Shown: positions 52,142 through 61,730 of the stretch, piece by piece
How the letters are laid out: each line of letters opens with the position of its first letter
How positions within the stretch are numbered: the stretch's first letter is position 1
From: Escherichia coli
Lineage (GTDB): Bacteria; Pseudomonadota; Gammaproteobacteria; Enterobacterales; Enterobacteriaceae
Strand: one strand, 5' to 3'
NCBI RefSeq assembly: GCF_013122565.1
Contig: NZ_CP053258.1
DNA length: 64,000 nt
The notes under the pieces: model-generated
Told to the model about the DNA's origin: nothing
Seen by the model: the letters and a program-made list of their open reading frames with translations, nothing else
Database searches by the model: none
Made by a program: the position numbers and the translations under genes

Positions 52142-53193
52142 TGCTACGCGAGTGTGATTACAGCCAGGCGCTGCTGGAGCAGGTGAATCAGGCAATTAGC
52201 GATAAAACGCCGCTGGTGATTCAGGGCAGCAATAGCAAAGCCTTTTTAGGTCGCCCAGTCACCGGGCAAACGCTGGATGTGCGTTGTCATCGCGGCATTG
52301 TTAATTACGACCCGACCGAGCTGGTGATAACCGCTCGTGCCGGAACGCCGCTGGTGGCGATTGAAGCGGCGCTGGAGAGCTCCGGGCAAATGCTTCCCTG
52401 CGAGCCGCCGCATTATGGTGAAGAAGCCACCTGGGGCGGGATGGTCGCCTGCGGGCTGGCGGGGCCGCGTCGCCCGTGGAGCGGTTCGGTCCGCGATTTT
52501 GTCCTCGGCACGCGCATCATTACCGGCGCTGGAAAACATCTGCGTTTTGGTGGCGAAGTGATGAAAAACGTTGCCGGATACGATCTCTCACGGTTAATGG
52601 CCGGAAGCTACGGTTGTCTTGGCGTGCTCACTGAAATCTCAATGAAAGTGTTACCGCGACCGCGCGCCTCCCTGAGCCTGCGTCGGGAAATCAGCCTGCA
52701 AGAAGCCATGAGTGAAATCGCCCAGTGGCAACTCCAGCCGCTACCCATTAGTGGCTTATGTTACTTCGACAATGCGTTGTGGATCCGCCTTGAGGGCGGC
52801 GAAGGATCGGTAAAAGCAGCGCGTGAACTGCTGGGTGGCGAAGAGGTTGCGGGTCAGTTCTGGCAGCAATTGCGTGAACAACAACTGCCGTTCTTCTCGT
52901 TACCAGGTACCTTATGGCGCATTTCATTACCCAGCGATGCGCCGATGATGGATTTACCCGGCGAGCAACTGATCGACTGGGGCGGGGCGTTACGCTGGCT
53001 GAAATCGACAGCCGATGACAATCAAATCCATCGCATCGCCCGCAACGCTGGCGGTCATGCGACCCGCTTTAGTACCGGAGATGGTGGTTTTGCTCCGCTA
53101 CCGGCTCCTTTATTCCGCTATCACCAGCAGCTTAAACAGCAGCTCGACCCTTGCGGCGTGTTTAACCCCGGTCGCATGTACGCGGAACTTTGA
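52141..53193 (+). CDS. glcE: Glycolate oxidase FAD-binding subunit
   Basis: 350 aa; coupled to glcD. Confidence 0.92.
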   Translation: MLRECDYSQALLEQVNQAISDKTPLVIQGSNSKAFLGRPVTGQTLDVRCHRGIVNYDPTELVITARAGTPLVAIEAALESSGQMLPCEPPHYGEEATWGGMVACGLAGPRRPWSGSVRDFVLGTRIITGAGKHLRFGGEVMKNVAGYDLSRLMAGSYGCLGVLTEISMKVLPRPRASLSLRREISLQEAMSEIAQWQLQPLPISGLCYFDNALWIRLEGGEGSVKAARELLGGEEVAGQFWQQLREQQLPFFSLPGTLWRISLPSDAPMMDLPGEQLIDWGGALRWLKSTADDNQIHRIARNAGGHATRFSTGDGGFAPLPAPLFRYHQQLKQQLDPCGVFNPGRMYAEL

Positions 53194-53203
53194 GGAGCAG
53201 GCT

Positions 53204-54427
53204 ATGCAAACCCAATTAACCGAAGAGATGCGGCAGAACGCGCGTGCGCTGGAAGCCGACAGCATCCTGCGCGCCTGTGTTCACTGCGGATTTTGTACCG
53301 CAACCTGCCCAACCTATCAGCTTCTGGGCGATGAACTGGACGGGCCGCGCGGGCGCATCTATCTGATTAAACAGGTGCTGGAAGGTAACGAAGTCACGCT
53401 TAAAACGCAGGAGCATCTCGATCGCTGCCTCACTTGCCGCAATTGTGAAACCACCTGTCCTTCTGGTGTGCGCTATCACAATTTGCTGGATATCGGGCGT
53501 GATATTGTCGAGCAGAAAGTGAAACGCCCACTGCCGGAGCGAATGCTGCGCGAAGGATTGCGCCAGGTAGTGCCGCGTCCGGCGGTCTTCCGTGCGCTGA
53601 CGCAGGTAGGGCTGGTGCTGCGACCGTTTTTACCGGAGCAGGTCAGAGCAAAACTGCCTGCTGAAACGGTGAAAGCTAAACCGCGTCCGCCGCTGCGCCA
53701 TAAGCGTCGGGTTTTAATGCTGGAAGGCTGCGCCCAGCCTACGCTTTCGCCCAACACCAACGCGGCAACTGCGCGAGTGCTGGATCGTCTGGGGATCAGC
53801 GTCATGCCAGCTAACGAAGCAGGCTGTTGTGGCGCGGTGGACTATCATCTTAATGCGCAGGAGCAAGGGCTGGCACGGGCGCGCAATAATATTGATGCCT
53901 GGTGGCCCGCGATTGAAGCAGGTGCCGAGGCAATTTTGCAAACCGCCAGCGGCTGCGGTGCGTTTGTCAAAGAGTACGGGCAGATGCTGAAAAACGATGC
54001 GCTGTATGCCGATAAAGCGCGTCAGGTCAGTGAACTGGCGGTCGATTTAGTCGAGCTTCTGCGCGAGGAACCGCTGGAAAAACTGGCAATTCGCGGCGAT
54101 AAAAAACTGGCCTTCCACTGCCCGTGTACCCTACAACATGCGCAAAAGCTGAACGGCGAAGTGGAAAAAGTGTTGCTTCGTCTTGGATTTACCTTAACGG
54201 ACGTTCCCGACAGCCATCTGTGCTGCGGTTCAGCGGGAACATATGCGTTAACGCATCCCGATCTGGCACGCCAGCTGCGGGATAACAAAATGAATGCGCT
54301 GGAAAGCGGCAAACCGGAAATGATCGTCACCGCCAACATTGGTTGCCAGACGCATCTGGCGAGCGCCGGTCGTACCTCTGTGCGTCACTGGATTGAAATT
54401 GTAGAACAAGCCCTTGAAAAGGAATAA
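53204..54427 (+). CDS. glcF: Glycolate oxidase iron-sulfur subunit
   Basis: 407 aa from Met MQTQLTEEMRQNA; CxxCxxCxxxCP motifs. Confidence 0.92.
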   Translation: MQTQLTEEMRQNARALEADSILRACVHCGFCTATCPTYQLLGDELDGPRGRIYLIKQVLEGNEVTLKTQEHLDRCLTCRNCETTCPSGVRYHNLLDIGRDIVEQKVKRPLPERMLREGLRQVVPRPAVFRALTQVGLVLRPFLPEQVRAKLPAETVKAKPRPPLRHKRRVLMLEGCAQPTLSPNTNAATARVLDRLGISVMPANEAGCCGAVDYHLNAQEQGLARARNNIDAWWPAIEAGAEAILQTASGCGAFVKEYGQMLKNDALYADKARQVSELAVDLVELLREEPLEKLAIRGDKKLAFHCPCTLQHAQKLNGEVEKVLLRLGFTLTDVPDSHLCCGSAGTYALTHPDLARQLRDNKMNALESGKPEMIVTANIGCQTHLASAGRTSVRHWIEIVEQALEKE

Positions 54428-54431
54428 CAAA

Positions 54432-54836
54432 ATGAAAACTAAAGTCATTCTTAGCCAGCAAATGGCGAGTGCAATTATTGCCGCAGGTCAGGAAGAGGCG
54501 CAGAAAAATAACTGGTCTGTTTCCATTGCTGTTGCCGATGACGGCGGTCATCTGCTGGCGTTAAGTCGCATGGACGATTGCGCGCCGATTGCGGCTTACA
54601 TCTCCCAGGAGAAAGCGCGTACCGCCGCGCTGGGGCGTCGTGAAACTAAGGGCTATGAAGAGATGGTGAACAACGGACGTACCGCGTTCGTGACTGCGCC
54701 GTTATTAACGTCGCTGGAAGGCGGCGTACCGGTTGTTGTTGATGGACAAATTATTGGTGCCGTGGGCGTTTCTGGTTTAACCGGAGTACAGGATGCGCAG
54801 GTCGCGAAAGCGGCAGCAGCGGTGTTGGCGAAATAA
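54432..54836 (+). CDS. glcG: GlcG (heme-binding-like, DUF336)
   Basis: 134 aa from Met MKTKVILSQQMASAIIAAG. Confidence 0.9.
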   Translation: MKTKVILSQQMASAIIAAGQEEAQKNNWSVSIAVADDGGHLLALSRMDDCAPIAAYISQEKARTAALGRRETKGYEEMVNNGRTAFVTAPLLTSLEGGVPVVVDGQIIGAVGVSGLTGVQDAQVAKAAAAVLAK

Positions 54837-54857
54837 GCGAAAACGAGGAGAGAAACA

Positions 54858-57029
54858 ATGAGTCAAACCATAACCCAGGGCCGTTTACGCATTGACGCCA
54901 ATTTTAAACGTTTTGTGGATGAAGAAGTTTTACCGGGAACAGGGCTGGACGCTGCGGCGTTCTGGCGCAATTTTGATGAGATCGTTCACGATCTGGCACC
55001 AGAAAATCGTCAGTTGCTGGCAGAACGCGATCGCATTCAGGCGGCGCTTGATGAGTGGCATCGCAGCAATCCGGGGCCGGTAAAAGATAAAGCGGCCTAT
55101 AAATCTTTCCTGCGTGAACTGGGCTACCTGGTGCCGCAACCGGAGCGCGTGACGGTGGAAACCACGGGCATTGACAGCGAAATCACCAGTCAGGCGGGGC
55201 CACAGCTGGTGGTTCCGGCAATGAACGCCCGCTACGCGCTGAACGCGGCGAACGCTCGCTGGGGCTCACTGTACGATGCGTTATACGGCAGCGACATCAT
55301 CCCGCAGGAAGGGGCGATGGTCAGCGGCTACGATCCGCAACGCGGTGAGCAGGTTATCGCCTGGGTTCGGCGTTTCCTCGATGAATCTCTACCGCTGGAA
55401 AACGGCAGCTATCAGGATGTGGTGGCGTTTAAGGTGGTCGATAAACAATTACGCATCCAGTTGAAAAATGGTAAAGAAACCACGTTACGTACCCCGGCGC
55501 AGTTTGTCGGTTACCGTGGCGATGCCGCTGCGCCGACCTGCATTTTGCTGAAAAATAACGGCCTGCATATTGAACTGCAAATTGATGCCAACGGGCGGAT
55601 TGGCAAAGACGATCCGGCGCACATCAACGATGTTATCGTCGAAGCTGCTATCAGTACCATTCTCGACTGCGAAGATTCGGTCGCGGCGGTTGATGCGGAA
55701 GATAAAATCCTGCTGTACCGCAACCTGCTGGGCCTGATGCAGGGGACTCTGCAAGAGAAAATGGAGAAAAACGGTCGACAAATCGTGCGTAAACTGAATG
55801 ACGATCGTCATTACACCGCCGCCGATGGCTCTGAAATTTCTCTGCACGGACGCTCGCTGCTGTTTATCCGCAACGTGGGTCATTTGATGACCATTCCTGT
55901 GATTTGGGACAGCGAAGGCAATGAAATCCCGGAAGGCATTCTTGATGGCGTCATGACTGGCGCGATTGCCCTCTATGATTTAAAAGTGCAGAAAAACTCG
56001 CGCACTGGCAGCGTCTATATTGTGAAACCGAAAATGCACGGTCCGCAGGAAGTGGCGTTCGCCAACAAACTGTTTACCCGCATTGAGACAATGCTCGGTA
56101 TGGCACCGAATACCCTGAAAATGGGCATTATGGATGAAGAACGTCGGACCTCGCTGAACTTGCGTAGCTGTATCGCTCAGGCGCGCAACCGCGTGGCGTT
56201 CATCAATACCGGTTTCCTCGACCGTACCGGCGATGAAATGCATTCGGTGATGGAAGCTGGCCCGATGCTGCGTAAAAACCAGATGAAATCGACGCCGTGG
56301 ATCAAAGCCTACGAACGTAATAACGTGCTTTCCGGTCTGTTCTGTGGGCTGCGCGGTAAAGCGCAAATCGGTAAAGGCATGTGGGCAATGCCGGACCTGA
56401 TGGCAGACATGTACAGCCAGAAGGGCGACCAACTGCGTGCCGGGGCAAACACAGCCTGGGTTCCGTCACCAACCGCTGCTACGCTCCATGCGCTGCACTA
56501 CCACCAAACCAACGTACAGAGCGTGCAGGCCAACATTGCCCAGAGCGAGTTCAATGCTGAATTTGAACCGCTGCTGGACGATCTGCTGACTATTCCGGTG
56601 GCTGAAAACGATAACTGGTCGGTGGAAGAGATCCAACAAGAGCTGGATAACAACGTGCAGGGGATTCTGGGGTACGTGGTGCGCTGGGTGGAGCAGGGGA
56701 TTGGTTGTTCAAAAGTGCCGGATATTCACAATGTGGCGCTGATGGAAGACCGCGCAACGCTGCGTATCTCCAGCCAGCATATCGCCAACTGGTTACGTCA
56801 CGGTATTCTGACCAAAGAACAGGTGCAGGCGTCGCTGGAGAATATGGCGAAAGTGGTTGATCAGCAAAACGCTGGCGATCCGGCTTATCGTCCGATGGCG
56901 GGGAATTTCGCTAACTCGTGTGCTTTTAAAGCTGCCAGCGATTTGATCTTCCTCGGCGTGAAACAGCCAAACGGTTATACCGAACCGTTATTACACGCCT
57001 GGCGTTTACGCGAAAAAGAAAGTCATTAA
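54858..57029 (+). CDS. glcB: Malate synthase G
   Basis: 723 aa; [31 protein letters not shown]. Confidence 0.95.
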   Translation: MSQTITQGRLRIDANFKRFVDEEVLPGTGLDAAAFWRNFDEIVHDLAPENRQLLAERDRIQAALDEWHRSNPGPVKDKAAYKSFLRELGYLVPQPERVTVETTGIDSEITSQAGPQLVVPAMNARYALNAANARWGSLYDALYGSDIIPQEGAMVSGYDPQRGEQVIAWVRRFLDESLPLENGSYQDVVAFKVVDKQLRIQLKNGKETTLRTPAQFVGYRGDAAAPTCILLKNNGLHIELQIDANGRIGKDDPAHINDVIVEAAISTILDCEDSVAAVDAEDKILLYRNLLGLMQGTLQEKMEKNGRQIVRKLNDDRHYTAADGSEISLHGRSLLFIRNVGHLMTIPVIWDSEGNEIPEGILDGVMTGAIALYDLKVQKNSRTGSVYIVKPKMHGPQEVAFANKLFTRIETMLGMAPNTLKMGIMDEERRTSLNLRSCIAQARNRVAFINTGFLDRTGDEMHSVMEAGPMLRKNQMKSTPWIKAYERNNVLSGLFCGLRGKAQIGKGMWAMPDLMADMYSQKGDQLRAGANTAWVPSPTAATLHALHYHQTNVQSVQANIAQSEFNAEFEPLLDDLLTIPVAENDNWSVEEIQQELDNNVQGILGYVVRWVEQGIGCSKVPDIHNVALMEDRATLRISSQHIANWLRHGILTKEQVQASLENMAKVVDQQNAGDPAYRPMAGNFANSCAFKAASDLIFLGVKQPNGYTEPLLHAWRLREKESH

Positions 57030-57383
57030 TAGCGTCAAAAAAGCCCCGGCAAGTTTTATTGTCGGGGCTATGATAGTAACTGCGGTAGTACATTTATCCC
57101 GGAAATAACCGGAGCGATTATCAGGGTTTAACAATATTAAATACCCGTAGCGCATTACTAGCGGGCCTAAAACAACAATATGGACATCTTAACGATACTC
57201 TGCGCCTGCGTGTGCGGAACAGAAACCCTTACCCGATATACTTGTTATGCCAGAGGTAGCAATTGCGTTAGCGGCGTACTGTTGCTGTAAAGTATAACGC
57301 CTATATTTTACAGTTCAGTCCTCTTTTGCTTATTGCAACCTTAAGTATATCAAGCATATAAAGATAATAAGAGACTGAACAAT

Positions 57384-59066
57384 ATGGTTACCTGGACCCA
57401 AATGTATATGCCGATGGGAGGACTGGGGCTATCCGCTCTGGTCGCCCTGATCCCGATAATATTCTTCTTCGTTGCACTCGCGGTATTACGTCTGAAAGGA
57501 CATGTCGCTGGAGCAATAACCCTTATATTATCTATCCTGATTGCGATATTCGCCTTTAAAATGCCGATTGATATGGCATTTGCTGCTGCGGGCTATGGCT
57601 TTATTTATGGATTATGGCCAATTGCGTGGATTATTGTCGCGGCGGTGTTCCTGTATAAATTAACCGTTGCCAGCGGGCAGTTCGATATTATCCGCAGCTC
57701 GGTTATCTCCATCACTGACGATCAGCGTTTGCAGGTGTTACTGATTGGTTTCTCCTTTGGTGCGTTGCTGGAAGGAGCGGCTGGCTTTGGTGCGCCGGTG
57801 GCGATTACCGGTGCGCTGCTGGTGGGCCTGGGCTTCAAACCGTTATACGCGGCGGGGCTGTGTCTGATTGCCAATACTGCGCCGGTGGCGTTTGGTGCGT
57901 TGGGCGTGCCGATTCTGGTCGCCGGTCAGGTAACGGGAATCGATCCGTTCCACATTGGCGCAATGGCGGGACGTCAGTTACCGTTCCTGTCGGTTCTTGT
58001 GCCGTTCTGGCTGGTAGCAATGATGGACGGCTGGAAAGGGGTGAAAGAGACGTGGCCAGCGGCGCTGGTTGCTGGGGGAAGCTTCGCTGTCACTCAGTTC
58101 TTTACCTCTAATTATATTGGTCCGGAACTGCCGGATATTACTTCGGCGCTGGTGAGTATCGTCTCACTCGCTTTATTCCTTAAAGTCTGGCGGCCGAAAA
58201 ATACCGAAACGGCAATCAGCATGGGACAATCCGCAGGTGCGATGGTGGTAAATAAGCCATCTTCTGGCGGTCCCGTGCCTTCAGAATATAGTCTGGGGCA
58301 AATCATTCGTGCGTGGTCACCGTTTTTAATCTTAACGGTGCTGGTCACCATCTGGACCATGAAGCCGTTTAAAGCGTTATTTGCTCCGGGCGGCGCGTTT
58401 TATTCACTGGTGATTAATTTCCAGATCCCTCATTTGCATCAACAAGTGTTGAAAGCGGCACCCATTGTCGCCCAACCAACGCCAATGGATGCGGTGTTTA
58501 AATTCGACCCTCTCTCGGCTGGCGGCACCGCTATTTTTATTGCGGCGATTATCTCTATCTTCATCCTCGGCGTGGGCATCAAGAAAGGGATTGGCGTCTT
58601 TGCCGAAACGCTAATTAGTCTGAAGTGGCCGATATTGTCGATTGGCATGGTGCTGGCGTTCGCCTTCGTCACCAACTATTCCGGCATGTCCACCACGCTG
58701 GCGCTGGTACTGGCAGGTACAGGCGTGATGTTCCCGTTCTTCTCACCGTTTCTCGGCTGGCTGGGCGTATTCCTTACCGGCTCGGACACCTCCTCTAACG
58801 CCCTGTTTGGTTCACTGCAATCGACCACGGCGCAGCAAATCAACGTCTCTGACACCCTGCTGGTGGCAGCAAATACCAGCGGCGGCGTAACTGGCAAGAT
58901 GATCTCCCCGCAATCTATCGCCGTGGCCTGCGCCGCGACGGGCATGGTGGGCCGGGAATCTGAACTGTTCCGCTACACCGTGAAGCACAGTCTGATTTTT
59001 GCCAGCGTTATCGGCATTATCACGCTGTTGCAGGCGTATGTGTTTACCGGGATGTTGGTAAGTTAA
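57384..59066 (+). CDS. glcA: Glycolate/lactate permease
   Basis: 560 aa; LctP-family polytopic membrane protein. Confidence 0.93.
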   Translation: MVTWTQMYMPMGGLGLSALVALIPIIFFFVALAVLRLKGHVAGAITLILSILIAIFAFKMPIDMAFAAAGYGFIYGLWPIAWIIVAAVFLYKLTVASGQFDIIRSSVISITDDQRLQVLLIGFSFGALLEGAAGFGAPVAITGALLVGLGFKPLYAAGLCLIANTAPVAFGALGVPILVAGQVTGIDPFHIGAMAGRQLPFLSVLVPFWLVAMMDGWKGVKETWPAALVAGGSFAVTQFFTSNYIGPELPDITSALVSIVSLALFLKVWRPKNTETAISMGQSAGAMVVNKPSSGGPVPSEYSLGQIIRAWSPFLILTVLVTIWTMKPFKALFAPGGAFYSLVINFQIPHLHQQVLKAAPIVAQPTPMDAVFKFDPLSAGGTAIFIAAIISIFILGVGIKKGIGVFAETLISLKWPILSIGMVLAFAFVTNYSGMSTTLALVLAGTGVMFPFFSPFLGWLGVFLTGSDTSSNALFGSLQSTTAQQINVSDTLLVAANTSGGVTGKMISPQSIAVACAATGMVGRESELFRYTVKHSLIFASVIGIITLLQAYVFTGMLVS

Positions 59067-59091
59067 TAGAATAGTTATGCCTGACGTTAAT

Positions 59092-59125
59092 ACAAACCCA
59101 GTCTATCAGACTGGGTTTGTTAGTA
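59092..59125 (+). terminator. Rho-independent terminator of glcA
   Basis: caaacccagtct-atc-agactgggtttg hairpin followed by a T-rich tract. Confidence 0.65.
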
Positions 59126-59478
59126 TTTCCGATATCAGACAGGGAAAATGCCTGGTCAGAAATGGGGCGTAATTCGGTTTTCTCAAAAAAGTAAAAAACG
59201 CCTTGTGGGCGGGGGATTATCTTACGACATGTAATTTGTTCCATACTTTTAAACTCCCCATTGTTATGAAGTAAAGGCGTTATCTTTTTATCCGTTCAAA
59301 CTTTAGCTCAAATTTGTAGCATGCAGATTCCGGTATTTTTCCTGATACCAGAAAAAAGTCACTGGAGGAAAGGTTGTGATAAAAATCACAAATTAAGTCA
59401 GGTTACTGGAGATAAAGTCTGCAACAGAGAATTATCGTAGTCTGTGTACCTCAACCAGTATTTTAAAGGCTCTGCTAC

Positions 59479-60975
59479 ATGGAAGAAAACACAAGGCAGC
59501 GTACAGAAAATTATATTTCAGCAAAAAACCAGCATCCCGCCTGGATACTCCTTGCCACTCGCCGTGCTCCACTGGTATTGAGTTGCCTGAAAACGCTTTT
59601 TGAAAAATCACATGATGGCATTCCCCTTGAGGAAGCTATTCAGTCTCTTTCCAGTATTCTCATTGAGCATGTGAGTCAGGAACAGTATGACATTAATCAG
59701 GACAATCCATTTCTTCAGGCCAGTCGTGAACTGCGGGAGTGGATTAAACGCCGTTTAATTGTCGAACGGGATGGCCGTATTTTTGCTACCGATGCGCTTG
59801 AGGTCGCGATTACGTTTGTAGAGTCTCTGGATAATCGTTTTATGACCTCTACGGCTTCCCGTTTGTCCACCGTTCAGCGAGAAATTGAAAACCTGGAAAC
59901 ACGGCTTAATCCTAACCCGGCAAACCGGGTTGCAACCTTACGTCGTCGTATTTCTGAACTGGAACGCGAACTACAGGAGGCAGAAGCCGGGCATATTGAG
60001 GTGCTGGAAACGCACCAGGCGGTTGAGCATATTCGTGATGTCTACAATTTAGCTTCCAGCCTGAGGGCTGACTTTCGTCGTGTTGAAGACTCCTGGCGTG
60101 AGGCTGACCGCGCTCTTCGCCAATCCATTATTGGTGAGCAATATCATCGTGGCGATATAGTAGAACGCCTGCTCAACGATCAGGACGCGCTGCTTAATAC
60201 GCCGGAAGGAAGAGTTTTCGACAGCTTTCAGCAACAGCTCCGTCAATCTTCTGAACTTAAAGCGATGAGTGAACGATTACGTGTGATCCTTAGCCATCCT
60301 TCTGCTTCTGATGCGCTTAACCGTCTACAGCGTCACGATCTGCGCTGGCTGGTTAAACGCTTGGTCGATGAATCGCAAACTGTCCTCCAGGCTCGCGCCC
60401 GTAGCGAGCGTGATGTCCGTGGTTTCATGAAAACCGGTCTTGCTGCTGAACATCATCGTGTTGGTCATTTGCTTAATGAGTTTCTGAATCTGGCGTTAAA
60501 ACTCGACTGGCAGCGCCAGATGATTCGTAAACAAGAGGTGCCGCTACCTGCCGTTGGTGTGGCGGTAACAGGCATCCCCGCTATTGAACGTTTACGTTTT
60601 AAAGAAGTGGATGATGAAGCAGAGCAGACGTTGGATCTCAGTAATCATGCGGCAGATTTAACGCAGATTGGCGATGATTTCTGGGATGCCTTCAATGGCC
60701 TCGATCGTGAGGTGTTGATTCAGCAGACGTTGCAGCTTCTGGCAAAAGAGAATCGCCCCGTTGGTTTAGCTGAACTGGCGGAGCTGTTGCCCCCGGCTCA
60801 CGATCTCGAAACATTCGCCGTCTGGATTGGTATGGCGAGAGAAGCGGGTATTGAGGTTATTGATTCACAACGTGAATTTGCTGAGCTTAGTGATGGGGAA
60901 GGTCGCCGCTGGCGATTTAATCTGCCCACCACTGGTCTGGAAAGTCAGGCATTAATGGATATCGATTGGGAGTAA
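59479..60975 (+). CDS. jetA: Wadjet JetA-like protein (MukF-like kleisin, DUF3375-type)
   Basis: 498 aa; first of three genes in MukF/MukE/MukB-like order; size and predicted coiled-coil content match JetA. Confidence 0.55.
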   Translation: MEENTRQRTENYISAKNQHPAWILLATRRAPLVLSCLKTLFEKSHDGIPLEEAIQSLSSILIEHVSQEQYDINQDNPFLQASRELREWIKRRLIVERDGRIFATDALEVAITFVESLDNRFMTSTASRLSTVQREIENLETRLNPNPANRVATLRRRISELERELQEAEAGHIEVLETHQAVEHIRDVYNLASSLRADFRRVEDSWREADRALRQSIIGEQYHRGDIVERLLNDQDALLNTPEGRVFDSFQQQLRQSSELKAMSERLRVILSHPSASDALNRLQRHDLRWLVKRLVDESQTVLQARARSERDVRGFMKTGLAAEHHRVGHLLNEFLNLALKLDWQRQMIRKQEVPLPAVGVAVTGIPAIERLRFKEVDDEAEQTLDLSNHAADLTQIGDDFWDAFNGLDREVLIQQTLQLLAKENRPVGLAELAELLPPAHDLETFAVWIGMAREAGIEVIDSQREFAELSDGEGRRWRFNLPTTGLESQALMDIDWE

Positions 60976-60980
60976 CAGGT

Positions 60981-61730
60981 ATGGCGGGCTTTTTTGACAA
61001 GCTGATTAACCGGAGCGTTACTGCAAATGCAGGCTGTGAACCAGAACCATCGGATGAGGAGGTTACCGATGAGTCGGTTGAAGATAGTTTGGCCAGTAGT
61101 GAAACGCGGACGCTACAAAAAATACGCGAAGCGACTCAGGAATTGCTCAAATACGGCCTGCTGGAAGAGGCCAGTAAGCCTAATCTGTACCGCATCGTAC
61201 TGAGCCATCCTGAAGAGGTTACTCGTATTCTGGAGCCTCTCGATCTGGATATCGGCATTGATGAGATCCGTGGCCTGCTGTATGTCAAAGTCAGGCTTGA
61301 TGAAACGCCTGCGCAGGATGAATGGGCCCACCCTCTGGTGAGACGGCAACGACTTAACCTGGAACAATCTTTATTAGTTGCCATACTGCGCCAACATTTT
61401 GTGGCCTGGGAGCAGGAAAGCGGAACCGGTGCCAGTCAGGCACAGATCGCCATCGATGATCTTCTCCCTCAACTCCAGATTTATCTTGGCGACCCGGGCA
61501 GTGAATCAAAAGAACGCACCCGATTGCTTACCCTGCTGGATCAATTAAAGGGGCATGGGCTGGTGACGTCGCCGGATGCACATGAGCGGATCGTCATCCG
61601 TCCGATCATTGCTCATCTTGCCGATCCGATCAATCTTCAGGCATTACTGGCATGGCTGCGAGAGCAAATTGCCCAGCAAACCTCTCCAAATGACGCGCCA
61701 GAAAAGGATAGCAGCGAGGAGGACGTATGA
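60981..61730 (+). CDS. jetB: Wadjet JetB-like protein (MukE-like, DUF4194-type)
   Basis: ~249 aa from ATG at 60981 with GGGAG RBS; acidic; the ORF track starts at TTG 60966. Confidence 0.55.
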   Translation: MAGFFDKLINRSVTANAGCEPEPSDEEVTDESVEDSLASSETRTLQKIREATQELLKYGLLEEASKPNLYRIVLSHPEEVTRILEPLDLDIGIDEIRGLLYVKVRLDETPAQDEWAHPLVRRQRLNLEQSLLVAILRQHFVAWEQESGTGASQAQIAIDDLLPQLQIYLGDPGSESKERTRLLTLLDQLKGHGLVTSPDAHERIVIRPIIAHLADPINLQALLAWLREQIAQQTSPNDAPEKDSSEEDV

